Origin: Thermoguttaceae bacterium
Lineage (GTDB): Bacteria; Planctomycetota; Planctomycetia; Pirellulales; Thermoguttaceae
Reading direction: 5' to 3'
DNA length: 61,320 nt
Assembly: GCA_017652805.1 (NCBI GenBank)
Contig: JAGCAH010000156.1
Span: 1-61,320 of the forward strand
The position numbers and the translations under genes are program-made. Shown here piece after piece: positions 27,845 to 37,778 of the stretch (its first letter is position 1; every line of letters begins with the position of its first letter). The notes under the pieces were generated by a model that worked only from the letters and a program-made list of their open reading frames with translations, was not told the origin of the DNA and ran no database searches.

Positions 27845-28897
27845 CTATTTGACTTTGTCGAGGCTTTCCCGGGCGGCGCGGTTGCCGTGATCGGCGGCCT
27901 TCTGGAGCCAGACGAGTCCCTCTTCACGGTCGAGCTCAATCCCTTCGCCGATCAGATAGCAGACGCCCAGGCGGTTTTCGGCTTCCGGCAGACCCCGGTC
28001 GGCCGCCTTGCGGATCCACCGGACCCCTTCGGCGGTGTCCTGTTTGACGCCGAATCCGTCGAGGTAACAGATCCCCAGGGAAAATTCCGCCTTGGCGTGT
28101 CCCTTTTCGGCGGCGGTTTTGTACCACTGGAACGCGCCCCCGGGGAAGACGTTCATTCCCCGGCCGTGGGCGAAACATTTGCCGAACTGGTACTCCGCTT
28201 CGGTGTATCCCTGATCGACCGCCCGGCGGAGCCAGCGCGTTCCTTCGGCGGCGTCCTTTTTGATTTCCGCCTTTCCGATGAAGTAGAAGTACGCCAGCTG
28301 GCATTGAGCTTCGGCCAGCCCCTGCTCGGCGGCGGCGCGGAACCACCGGGCGGCTTGCGAGGCGTCGGCCTCGACCCCATCGCCGGTCAGATAGCACCCG
28401 CCGAGGCGGCATTGCGCCTCGGCCAATCCCTGTTCGGCGGCCTTGCGGATCCATTTGATCCCTTCAGCCTCGTCCTGGGCGACTCCAAAGCCGTTCATGT
28501 AGCTGTTCCCGAGCGCGTATTCTGCTTTCGGATGCCCCTGTTCGGCGGCTTTGATATACCACTGAACCGCGTCGGAGGGGATCAGTTCAAGCCCCTTGCC
28601 GCGGGCGAAACAGCGGCCGAATTGATATTGCGCCTCGGCGTAATCCTGTGAGGCGGCCTCGCGGATCCAGCGGGTCGCGGTGATCAGGTCTTTTTCGAGA
28701 CCACCTTTTCCGTCGAGGTAACGAAGCCCAAGTTCGCACTGTGCCGGCGCCTCGCCCCTTTCGGCGGCTTTGATCAGCCGGTCGGTGGGAATCTCTTTCA
28801 GATTCTCTTCGGCCGGAACTGAAAGCGTGACGAGAAAGAGAAGAAAAAACATCCCTGCCGCGCGGCGGAGGCGTGTTAAATCGACGGCGAACTTCAT
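27845..28897 (-). CDS. Secreted Sel1-like repeat (SLR/TPR-like) protein
   Basis: Start taken at ATG 28897 ('MKFAVDLTRLRRAAGMFFLLFLVTLSVPA' signal). About 8 consecutive ~36-aa repeats of the form 'AEAQyxLGxCYxxGxGVxxDxxEAxxWxRKAAEQG'. Confidence 0.85.
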   Translation of the reverse strand: MKFAVDLTRLRRAAGMFFLLFLVTLSVPAEENLKEIPTDRLIKAAERGEAPAQCELGLRYLDGKGGLEKDLITATRWIREAASQDYAEAQYQFGRCFARGKGLELIPSDAVQWYIKAAEQGHPKAEYALGNSYMNGFGVAQDEAEGIKWIRKAAEQGLAEAQCRLGGCYLTGDGVEADASQAARWFRAAAEQGLAEAQCQLAYFYFIGKAEIKKDAAEGTRWLRRAVDQGYTEAEYQFGKCFAHGRGMNVFPGGAFQWYKTAAEKGHAKAEFSLGICYLDGFGVKQDTAEGVRWIRKAADRGLPEAENRLGVCYLIGEGIELDREEGLVWLQKAADHGNRAARESLDKVK

Positions 28898-29038
28898 CGG
28901 GGGGCTTTCTTCAACAGAGGAACTCAAGGGAATCCGCATTCGAGAGAGGCGGATCCGTGTGGAAACGGAACACCTGAAAGGATTCTACCGCGGAGGAGGG
29001 GAAAACTCAAGCGCGGGAGGGCGCGGAGGCAGGAAGGA

Positions 29039-30088
29039 TCAGTCGCGCTGCTCCTGATGACGGCGGAGAATCCGCTTCGCGTTGGGATCCCCGTTTTTGG
29101 CGGCGCGGCGGTACCAGCGGAGCGCCTCGTCCGGGTCGCGCGGAACGCCGTCTCCCCGCAGGTAACATTCGGCCAGGGCGATTTGCGAGGCGGTGTGTTC
29201 CTGTTCGGCGGCGAGACGGTACCATTCGGCGGCTTTGGCCGGGTCGGCCTTGACCCCTTCACCGCTGCTGTAACATCGTCCGAGGCAGAATTGCGCGTCA
29301 GGATATCCCCGTTCGGCGGCTTTCCGGAACCAGGTGAACGCCTCGCCGAGAGTTTCGGGGGATCTGATATTTGCAGTGGTCCGCATCCCCATTTTGTACT
29401 GGGCTTTGACGTACCCCTGCTCGGCGGCGGCCAGAAACCACCGGTCCGCCGTGGCGGAATCTTTCGGAACCCCGTAGCCGTAGTCGTAACACTCCGCGAG
29501 GCGGTATTCTGCCTGTACGAGCCCCTGATCAGCGGCCATTTGATACCAATTCGCGGCCTCGGCCCTGTCTTCGAGGACGCCTTTCTGAAGGTCGTAACAG
29601 AGTCCCGTTCGGTACTGCGCCTTGGCATGCCCCTGTTCGGCCGCCCGAAGGAAATACTTGGCGGCCTCTTCGAAATGTTTGTCCGGCCCGTCGTAGAAGT
29701 ACCTTCCCAGTCTGTAGCACGCCTCGGCGTCCCCCGCCTCGGCGGAGTCGCGGCATGCGGCGAGTTCCTCACCGGTAAAAACGGGGGGCGGCCCGTCGGG
29801 GATTCCGCCGAAGGGATCCGCCGCCGGATCAAAATTTTTCGTGGGAGTTCCGGCCGGTTTCGGAATCTCGGCTTCCCGGGTTACCGATGCGGGGGTCGGC
29901 GTGAGCGATTCCCCGTCCCGGTTGCGGAAGAAAAAGTAGTATGCCGCGAAAGCAAGAACGGGGAGCAGAATGGTGAGAAAACCGATGATGGTGTCCGAGC
30001 GGTCGTACTTACGTTTCGATCGGCCACGCGGCCGGTCATGACGTGACGGCGACTTTTCGATCTCTTTGGTTTTCTTCTTTTGTGACAT
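29039..30088 (-). CDS. Membrane-anchored Sel1-like repeat protein
   Basis: Basic N-terminus and one TM ('IIGFLTILLPVLAFAAYYFFF'), then a Pro-rich linker and about 6 SLR repeats ('AKAQYRTGLCYDLQKGVLEDRAEAANWYQMAADQG' and similar). Paralogue of the neighbouring gene. Confidence 0.85.
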   Translation of the reverse strand: MSQKKKTKEIEKSPSRHDRPRGRSKRKYDRSDTIIGFLTILLPVLAFAAYYFFFRNRDGESLTPTPASVTREAEIPKPAGTPTKNFDPAADPFGGIPDGPPPVFTGEELAACRDSAEAGDAEACYRLGRYFYDGPDKHFEEAAKYFLRAAEQGHAKAQYRTGLCYDLQKGVLEDRAEAANWYQMAADQGLVQAEYRLAECYDYGYGVPKDSATADRWFLAAAEQGYVKAQYKMGMRTTANIRSPETLGEAFTWFRKAAERGYPDAQFCLGRCYSSGEGVKADPAKAAEWYRLAAEQEHTASQIALAECYLRGDGVPRDPDEALRWYRRAAKNGDPNAKRILRRHQEQRD

Positions 30089-30258
30089 AAAACTGAACGC
30101 TTCCCTGCCGGTCTTTGACGAAAACCGGCCGCTTCGGGAATCAACGGGAGTCCCCGACCGAATCGTTTCAAACCTCTCCAGATTCTATTATACCCCCAAA
30201 AAACGCGCAAGAGAGAAACAGAACGTTCCTTTTTTGCGCCCTGCAGCGCCGGGGCGGG

Positions 30259-31242
30259 TCACTCGGCCGGGGCGTTTTTCCGTTCCCGTTCGGCGAGAAT
30301 CCCGACGATCAGGAGCTGAAGCGCGTGATAGATCATCGTCGGGAGGATGAGGATTCCGGCGAGTTTCGGGTCGGCGAGGAGGACCGCCGACATCACCGTT
30401 CCGTGAACGAGCGACTTTTTTGAGCCGCAGTAAAGAGCGGTGATCCGGTCCTGCCGGTTAAACCGCAAAAGACGCGCCGCCAGCGCGATGATCCCGTAGA
30501 CGGTAAAAAAGAGAAGAACCATCGACGCCGAAAGGATCAGGAAGGCCGCAGGGGAAAGCCCGTCGAACATCCTTTCGGAGAACGAATGGCAGAACGACGT
30601 GTAGACGATCAAAAGGATGATCGACTGATCGAAAAGGCGCAGCGCGTTGTCGTATTTGACCGAAAACCAACCGAACTTCCGATTCAGCGCGATACCGAGG
30701 GCGACCGGCAGGAGAACCTGACAGACGAGGGAGAGGAGAGTCTCGCCGAGTCCGCTTCCCCCCGTTTCGGCGTTTAAGTAGAGACGCATCCAGATCGGCG
30801 TGATGAAGACCCCCGCCAGACTCGAAAGGGAGGCGTTAAAGATCGCCGCCGGAACGTTCCCGCGAGCCAGATTCGTCATGACGACCGACGAGGAGACGGT
30901 CGAGGGGAGCGCGGCCAGAAAGAAGGTGCCGAGCCAAAGCCCTGAGACGACGGTTCCGAACGGATCGGCCGGGTCGATCTGCCCCGATAGGCCGATCGCC
31001 CCCAAAACCAGAAGGGGGAAAACGACGAACGTGGCGGTTTGCGTGACGAGGTGAAGGCGCGCGTTGGCCAGCCCCGTGCGGATTCGCTCGCCGTCGAGGC
31101 GGAGTCCGTAAAAGAAGAAAATCGCCGAAATCCCCCAATGGGCGAGGGACGAAAGGGAAAAGACCCCGTCGGCGCTTCCGATCGGAGGATAGATCCACGC
31201 CAGAAAGACCGCGGCAAAGAGGGAGAGGACGAATTTGTTCAT
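30259..31242 (-). CDS. Bile acid:sodium symporter (SBF/YfeH-like) family transporter
   Basis: Start at ATG 31242 ('MNKFVLSLFAAVFLAWIYPPIG'). About 9-10 TMs. 'LRLDGERIRTGLANARLHL' and 'FFLAALPSTVSSSVVMT' are typical of the SBF-like family. Confidence 0.75.
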   Translation of the reverse strand: MNKFVLSLFAAVFLAWIYPPIGSADGVFSLSSLAHWGISAIFFFYGLRLDGERIRTGLANARLHLVTQTATFVVFPLLVLGAIGLSGQIDPADPFGTVVSGLWLGTFFLAALPSTVSSSVVMTNLARGNVPAAIFNASLSSLAGVFITPIWMRLYLNAETGGSGLGETLLSLVCQVLLPVALGIALNRKFGWFSVKYDNALRLFDQSIILLIVYTSFCHSFSERMFDGLSPAAFLILSASMVLLFFTVYGIIALAARLLRFNRQDRITALYCGSKKSLVHGTVMSAVLLADPKLAGILILPTMIYHALQLLIVGILAERERKNAPAE

Positions 31243-31251
31243 TTCGGCGTT

Positions 31252-31292
31252 AAAAAAAGATACACACACGCAAAAAGACGTGTGTGTATCTT
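31252..31292 (-). terminator. Intrinsic terminator after rplI
   Basis: On the minus strand: AAGATACACACACG-8 nt loop-CGTGTGTGTATCTT (14 bp, perfect), running into a T-run. It lies 20 nt after the rplI stop and ends 10 nt before ATG 31242 of the next gene. Confidence 0.75.
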
Positions 31293-31311
31293 CTGGAAAA
31301 ATTGAGACGGT

Positions 31312-31839
31312 TTACGCGCGGTCGACGGTGATGTCGACTTTTCCTTCGATTCCTTCGAAGACGCGGACCGGAATCGAGTAGAAACCGGTGACCTTGATCG
31401 GGCCTTCGAGACCGATGTTGTCGGCCTTGACTTCGATGCCCTTTTCTTTGAGGGCGGCGGCGATCTCTTTCTTGTAGATACTGCCGTAGAGGTTCCCGTT
31501 GTCGTCGGTCGTCGCGGTCAGCGTGAGCGGACTGGTGGCGAGCTTCTTGACGATTTCCTGGGCGTCGGCAATCTTCTTGGCGTGAGCCGCCGCGGCTTCG
31601 GCTTTACGAGCCTCGGCGAGCTGGCGCGTCTTTTCGGTGGCGACGGCTGCCTGACCCTGCGGGATCAGGTAGTTGACCGCGTAGCCGCGCTTGACTTCGA
31701 CCAGGTCGCCGATTTTGCCGAGCTTGTCAACGTCTTGGAGCAAAATCAGCTCGATTCCGCCGTTCTTCCCTCTCGGGAGCTTGGACGTCTGATGACGGCG
31801 GGCACGTTTATCTTTGATAGCGTTAATCATTCTGTTCAC
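31312..31839 (-). CDS. rplI: 50S ribosomal protein L9 (with ~28-aa basic N-terminal extension)
   Basis: 'IELILLQDVDKLGKIGDLVEVKRGYAVNYLIPQGQA' is the canonical L9 N-domain. It is preceded by 'MNRMINAIKDKRARRHQTSKLPRGKNGG'. Confidence 0.9.
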   Translation of the reverse strand: MNRMINAIKDKRARRHQTSKLPRGKNGGIELILLQDVDKLGKIGDLVEVKRGYAVNYLIPQGQAAVATEKTRQLAEARKAEAAAAHAKKIADAQEIVKKLATSPLTLTATTDDNGNLYGSIYKKEIAAALKEKGIEVKADNIGLEGPIKVTGFYSIPVRVFEGIEGKVDITVDRA

Positions 31840-31888
31840 CTATGGTTTTGTTTGTTGTTATTTAACGGAATTTGGGTCGGGCGGCCTC

Positions 31889-32362
31889 TCAGAAGGGGAG
31901 ATCGCCGTCGGCGATATCGCCCGGCTCAAAGGAGGACGGCGCGTCCTGGAAGGAGGACGGCTGCTGTGGAGCCTGCTGATACGCGTCCTGACCGGAGCTG
32001 TACGACTGACGCGGCGCGGAGCCTCCGCTATTGCCGCGGCTGCTCAGAAGAACCAGCCGGTCGGCGATGACCTTGAGCTTGGAACGCTTCTGACCGTCGG
32101 TTTCCCAGGTGTCGGTCTTGAGGCGCCCCTCGATCAGGACCGGAGAGCCTTTGCGTGTGTATTCGGAAGCGATGACCGCGTTTCTCCCCCAAAGGGTGAT
32201 GTCCACAAAAGTGGTCTCTTCAACCGGGTTTCCCTGGGCGTCACGACGGCGGTCATTGACGGCAAGACCCAGGTCACAGACTTCGGTGCCGTTCGGAATT
32301 TTGCGCAGTTCAACATCACGGGTTGTGTTGCCAACCAAGACGACTCGGTTATAACTTGCCAT
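31889..32362 (-). CDS. ssb: Single-stranded DNA-binding protein
   Basis: OB fold 'MASYNRVVLVGNTTRDVELR', Gly/Gln/Ser-rich linker, acidic tip 'IADGDLPF'. Confidence 0.95.
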   Translation of the reverse strand: MASYNRVVLVGNTTRDVELRKIPNGTEVCDLGLAVNDRRRDAQGNPVEETTFVDITLWGRNAVIASEYTRKGSPVLIEGRLKTDTWETDGQKRSKLKVIADRLVLLSSRGNSGGSAPRQSYSSGQDAYQQAPQQPSSFQDAPSSFEPGDIADGDLPF

Positions 32363-32447
32363 GGCTCCCCTTTCGAAATGTTAGGTGTGTATCTTAACCC
32401 CTCGAAAGACCTCCGCGGACCGCAGGCGTCTTTCGGCGGGAAACGGT

Positions 32448-32852
32448 TCATTCGTCATCGGCGTCGTCGTCATCGGGCGCGGCAAAGTCGGCGGACTCGG
32501 CGGCTTCTTCCTTGCGGACGGGGCCGGCCAGAGCGTGTTCGACAAGCGCTTCTTCAAGGCGCGGGTCAATCCGCAGAATGAGGAAACGAAGAATGTTGCC
32601 GTTGATCTGGAACAGACGGTTCAGATCCTTGTACTTGTCGGTGCTGAGGCGGAAGTAGGTGAGCCAGTAGATACCGCGAAGGTGGCCTTTGATCTCGTAC
32701 GCAAGCTTGCGTTCTTCCCAAAAGCGGCTGACGCGGACTTTACCGCCCAACGATTCGATCGTTTCGGCGATCTGGTTCGATACGACTTCGGGATCACGGT
32801 TGTATTTGACCGTGTCCAGAATAAACAGACCTTCGTAAATGTTTTCGGACAA
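32448..32852 (-). CDS. rpsF: 30S ribosomal protein S6
   Basis: 'IYEGLFILD', 'WEERKLAYEIKGHLRGIYWLTYF', and an acidic C-terminal tail 'PDDDDADDE'. Confidence 0.95.
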   Translation of the reverse strand: MSENIYEGLFILDTVKYNRDPEVVSNQIAETIESLGGKVRVSRFWEERKLAYEIKGHLRGIYWLTYFRLSTDKYKDLNRLFQINGNILRFLILRIDPRLEEALVEHALAGPVRKEEAAESADFAAPDDDDADDE

Positions 32853-32998
32853 TGTTAACTCCTGAATATTTCTCTTTGAGTCGGGGCGTTCGCCCCTTTG
32901 GTTCTCAAAGCCCCATGCTCGCTGGGGATGGCTGCGATATTGATCGTTTTACCAAATGTTTCAACGGAAATGGTTTCGGAAAAACGCCCCTTTCGGGA

Positions 32999-33592
32999 TC
33001 ACTTCGTCCCGTCTTTTCGGGAACCGCCGTTGAACCGGTTCGCCGTTTCGTCGGGACCGAACTCGACCCAGCAAAGAGCGGCCTCGGCCGCGCGCCGAAT
33101 CGACTCGTGAATTTCGGGTTTTTCCGCGGAACGAAATTCAGAAAGAACGTAGTCGGCGGTGTCCACCCCTTCGGGAGGCCGCCCCACCCCGACGCGGAGC
33201 CGGGAGAATTTTTCACTGCCAAGGCGGCTGATGATGTCTTTGACACCTTTCTGACCGCCGCTGCCGCCCGAATCGCGGAATCGGATCCGGCCGACCGGCA
33301 GATCGACATCGTCGCAGATGACCAGAAGATCGGTTAGCTCGAGTTTGTAAAAACGAACCGCTTCGCTGACCGATTGACCGCTGTTGTTCATGTAGGTCGT
33401 CGGACTCAGGAGCAACAGGTTCTTTCCGGCGGCGCGTGTTTCGACGATTTCACCGTGAAACTTGCGCGTGGGGGAAGTGAACGAAAGCGTCTGCGCCAAT
33501 TCTGCCAGGACCATGTAGCCCGCGTTGTGACGCGTCCCGCGATACTTTGAACCGGGGTTCCCAAGCCCAACAATGAGTTTGTCCGGTTTCAT
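32999..33592 (-). CDS. pth: Peptidyl-tRNA hydrolase
   Basis: Start at ATG 33592 ('MKPDKLIVGLGNPGSKYRGTRHNAGY'); 'MNNSGQSV', 'DDVDLPVGRIRFR.SGGSGGQKG'. Confidence 0.95.
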   Translation of the reverse strand: MKPDKLIVGLGNPGSKYRGTRHNAGYMVLAELAQTLSFTSPTRKFHGEIVETRAAGKNLLLLSPTTYMNNSGQSVSEAVRFYKLELTDLLVICDDVDLPVGRIRFRDSGGSGGQKGVKDIISRLGSEKFSRLRVGVGRPPEGVDTADYVLSEFRSAEKPEIHESIRRAAEAALCWVEFGPDETANRFNGGSRKDGTK

Positions 33593-33714
33593 CTTCCCCC
33601 CGAAAGGGACCTTTTTCAAAACGCCCAGACGTGTGAAAAAGGCTTTGACTTTGCTGCTGAACGATGTCATAAAAAACGCTGCACAGAGCGTCGGGTGAGA
33701 AATAACCTTTTCGG

Positions 33715-34350
33715 TTACTTCTCGGATTCTTCTTCGTCTTCCTTCTTGCGGCCGATGACCTCGGGCTCTTCCCCGCCGGCAGCGGCTTCTTCGGCTTCAG
33801 GAGCTTCCATGGCTTCGGTGCATTCGACAGCCGGAACGTTCAGATCGCCGAGGATCTTAACCCCTTCGGGAAGTTCAACTTCGGACAGATGGATGATCTG
33901 GTTGAACTGAAGGTTGTTGATGTTCAGGCCGATCTTCTCGGGGGCGTTGGAAGGCTCGCACTCGATTTCGACCGTGTGGATGTGCTGCTTGACCACGCCG
34001 CCGTCTTTGACGCCCGGCGCCTCGCCGCGCAGATCGAACGGAACCGTCATACGGATGCGTTCATGTTCGCTGACGCGCGCGAAATCAACGTGAAGGACTT
34101 CCGTCCCCCAGGTGTTCCACTGACATTCTTTGATGAATGCGCGTTCGTTCACCGCGCCCGAGAGCGCGACGAAGCGGTTGCCGTGGCGGATGACCGCGGC
34201 GACTTCATCAGCCGAAAGCGCGAGACTGACGACGTCTTGCTTGTGTCCGTAAAGGACAGCCGGGATTTTCCCAGCTTTGCGAAGACGGCGGTTCCGGCGC
34301 TTGCCGGTTTCCTGGCGGAGTTCAACCGCCAACGATTTGATTTCAGCCAT
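33715..34350 (-). CDS. rplY: 50S ribosomal protein L25 / general stress protein Ctc
   Basis: 'RQETGKRRNRRLRKAGKIPAVLYG', a two-domain Ctc-type L25, and an acidic C-terminal tail. Confidence 0.9.
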   Translation of the reverse strand: MAEIKSLAVELRQETGKRRNRRLRKAGKIPAVLYGHKQDVVSLALSADEVAAVIRHGNRFVALSGAVNERAFIKECQWNTWGTEVLHVDFARVSEHERIRMTVPFDLRGEAPGVKDGGVVKQHIHTVEIECEPSNAPEKIGLNINNLQFNQIIHLSEVELPEGVKILGDLNVPAVECTEAMEAPEAEEAAAGGEEPEVIGRKKEDEEESEK

Positions 34351-34496
34351 TTTAAACCTTTAACCTAAGAAATTCCGACGGATTGCCATCGGGTATCGCA
34401 CGATGCTTCCCTTACTCCAATCCGCCCGATTTGACTCATTATAGCACATATTTTTTGTTCGACTACCTTCCGGAGGCGGGCCGGAAGAAGCGTTTT

Positions 34497-35483
<987 letters not shown>

Positions 35484-35747
35484 CAAATGTCTTGGTAAAA
35501 CGTCGGGTTAATGGGGGTAAGCGAACCTTCCTCCCTATAAAAAGCGCAGACTTTCGGGGAGAGAGACTCACCCTCTATTCTAAACGAGCGGGGCTCGTTT
35601 TCCAGGGGGGGGATTCCGTTTTTCCGGGAGAAAAGGAGGAAAAAGCGCCGTGCCGACCCGAATCCGTCGGTCGGCGGGAAGAAAAGAAAACCGCCCCTCC
35701 TTTTGGGGAAGAAGGGACGGGTCGTTCGGTGCCGGCCGAGGAAAAGC

Positions 35748-37748
35748 TTACTGAAACGGATCTTCATCGCCGGCGTCGTCCCACTGGGCGTCGTCGGAGT
35801 TTTCGTCGGTATCGCCGCTTTCGCCTTCGGCGTTTTCGTCGGCATTGTCACCACCGCTGTTGTCGGCGTTATCCCCCTCGTCGTCGAAGGTGTCGTCGTA
35901 GTCGGTACTGTAGGGATCTTCTTTTTCATTCTTGTCGGTGCGGCCGCGGCCGGTTGTCTCGCGGACACCTTCGACCACCGTCGGGAGGGCGTCGATGACG
36001 CGGTTAACATTGCCTCGCGGGCGTCCGCGTGATCCCGTTTCGGGGACGGAATCGTCGGCTTCTTCGTCGGCCCCTTCTTCATCGTCGGTTTCGGCCGCTC
36101 TCTCGTCCTTTTCGGAACGGGAGGACCTTCTCGAACCGAATATCTCGTCGTCTTCCCCCTCTTCCTCGTCGCCGAAGATCTCCTCGTCCGTCGCTTCGTC
36201 GGATCTCTCTTCAGCTTTCTTTCCGTCCTGGGAGTCGGAATACGCCTCGTCGATCCGTTTTTGGAACTCTTCGGCGATATCGAACGACGACTTCTGGTAG
36301 CGGAGCGGTTCGTCCAGCTGGCTTTCGTGGAGACACTGAACCAGACCGTCCTGCCCGACCAGGAAGATTCGGTCGCTTTCGATATTGAAAACGGCTCCCA
36401 TTCCGGTCGACAGGGGGATCGTGTGGATCGTCTGGCCGTTGTCGCGGTTGATCACAAGGAGGTTACCGATCATATCGAGCGCGTAGAGCCGACTCGGGGA
36501 TGCCGAGACGAACTGTTTGATGTCGCGGATCGACCAGAGCGCTTTGCCGCTTTTCAGGTTCAGACAGAAGAAGTGGCCGGTATAGGTCGGAATGAAGCAC
36601 TGATCTCCGGCGACGCCGATCGGGTCGATCACCGCCATCCCGACCGGGAAGGTCCATTCGGTGGTTCCCAGTTCATCATTGACGGCAAAGACGTAGCCGC
36701 TGCGCGCGCCCATCAGGATCAGCCCTCCCCTCGCTTCGCCCCCTCGGGCGGCGTTGACGTCGGTGTTGTCTTTCTGAATGAAAGTCGGACGGGCGTTGAT
36801 GTCGTTGCCGAAATCGAGGTCGACCTCTTTGTAGTGGTTCAGGTCGATATACATCGACTGCGGCGCCAGCGAGATGCTGTAAAGAAGCTTGAGCGCATTT
36901 TGCGACTTTTTCATGTCGAGCCCGCCGATCATCAGCGAGCCGCTGGTGGTGACCCACGAGAAGTAGTCATGATCGGAATCCTGAGTGCAGAGGAACGGCT
37001 GAACGAGAGGTTCGCCGAGCGCGGGACAGACCTGCACGTCTTTGTCGTCGAACGGAATAAGACCTTTCTTTTCGACCCGTTTGTCGGTCGCGATCAGTTC
37101 AATCGCCTTTCGAATCTTCTGGGCGCGTTCCTGCAGAGTCGCGGCGTCCTGATCCTCCTCCTGCTGGACAGACTCGAGCGCCGCGTCCAGCGGATCCTTA
37201 TAGACGTCGTACCGGCGGAGCGGATAGGCGAAGATCTTTCCGGTCAGGATCGGGACGTAGATGTAGCGCTCACTCACCTGAGGTCCGCCGCCGGCGGGAC
37301 CGGAAATGTCGAATTCCAGAAGCTTTTTGCCGTCGAATCGGTCGAAGACGTGTACCGTCGAGCCGTGCAGGACGACCGCGGCGTAACTGTTCGCCGCGGG
37401 GGGAAGGGAGTAGAAGCGTTCCGACCCGACACGGCGGCTCCAGAGGGTATTTCCCGTTTTGGTGTCGATGACATGGAGCCATCCGTTATCGGACGTGATA
37501 AAAAGCGTATCGTCGAGAAGGGAAATCTGGGTGATCCGGTCGTGGCTGGGGTTCATCGCGACCTGGTTGAACCAGGGACGGGTCAGGCCCGCCGCCGTCG
37601 CTTCGGTTTCGGAGATGAGGCGCGAGCGAACCGCCCCGGCTCCCCATGCGGGGAAGGGGGGCGACAGAGAGAGAACGAGCGCGAAGAGCGCCGGAAAGAC
37701 CGCCGCGAAAAGAGTTCTGCCGTGCTGCCGCCGATCATGCAAGCTCAT
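35748..37748 (-). CDS. Secreted PQQ-like (BamB-like) beta-propeller protein with long polyacidic C-terminal tail
   Basis: Signal-like N-terminus 'LFAAVFPALFALVLSLSPPFPAWGAGA'. Repeated 'G.l.aiD..tG...W' blades ('LHVIDTKTGNTLWS', 'FFCLNLKSGKALWS', 'LLVINRDNGQTIH'). The last ~190 aa are Asp/Glu-rich and low complexity. Confidence 0.8.
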   Translation of the reverse strand: MSLHDRRQHGRTLFAAVFPALFALVLSLSPPFPAWGAGAVRSRLISETEATAAGLTRPWFNQVAMNPSHDRITQISLLDDTLFITSDNGWLHVIDTKTGNTLWSRRVGSERFYSLPPAANSYAAVVLHGSTVHVFDRFDGKKLLEFDISGPAGGGPQVSERYIYVPILTGKIFAYPLRRYDVYKDPLDAALESVQQEEDQDAATLQERAQKIRKAIELIATDKRVEKKGLIPFDDKDVQVCPALGEPLVQPFLCTQDSDHDYFSWVTTSGSLMIGGLDMKKSQNALKLLYSISLAPQSMYIDLNHYKEVDLDFGNDINARPTFIQKDNTDVNAARGGEARGGLILMGARSGYVFAVNDELGTTEWTFPVGMAVIDPIGVAGDQCFIPTYTGHFFCLNLKSGKALWSIRDIKQFVSASPSRLYALDMIGNLLVINRDNGQTIHTIPLSTGMGAVFNIESDRIFLVGQDGLVQCLHESQLDEPLRYQKSSFDIAEEFQKRIDEAYSDSQDGKKAEERSDEATDEEIFGDEEEGEDDEIFGSRRSSRSEKDERAAETDDEEGADEEADDSVPETGSRGRPRGNVNRVIDALPTVVEGVRETTGRGRTDKNEKEDPYSTDYDDTFDDEGDNADNSGGDNADENAEGESGDTDENSDDAQWDDAGDEDPFQ

Positions 37749-37778
37749 TTCCCTTACCCTTTTTTCGTCTTTCTGAGG

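Noticed and set aside
31756-31839. The L9 N-terminal extension as a fused remnant of S18 (rpsR)
   Set aside because: The 28 residues (MNRMINAIKDKRARRHQTSKLPRGKNGG) show none of the conserved S18 core motifs and are far too short.
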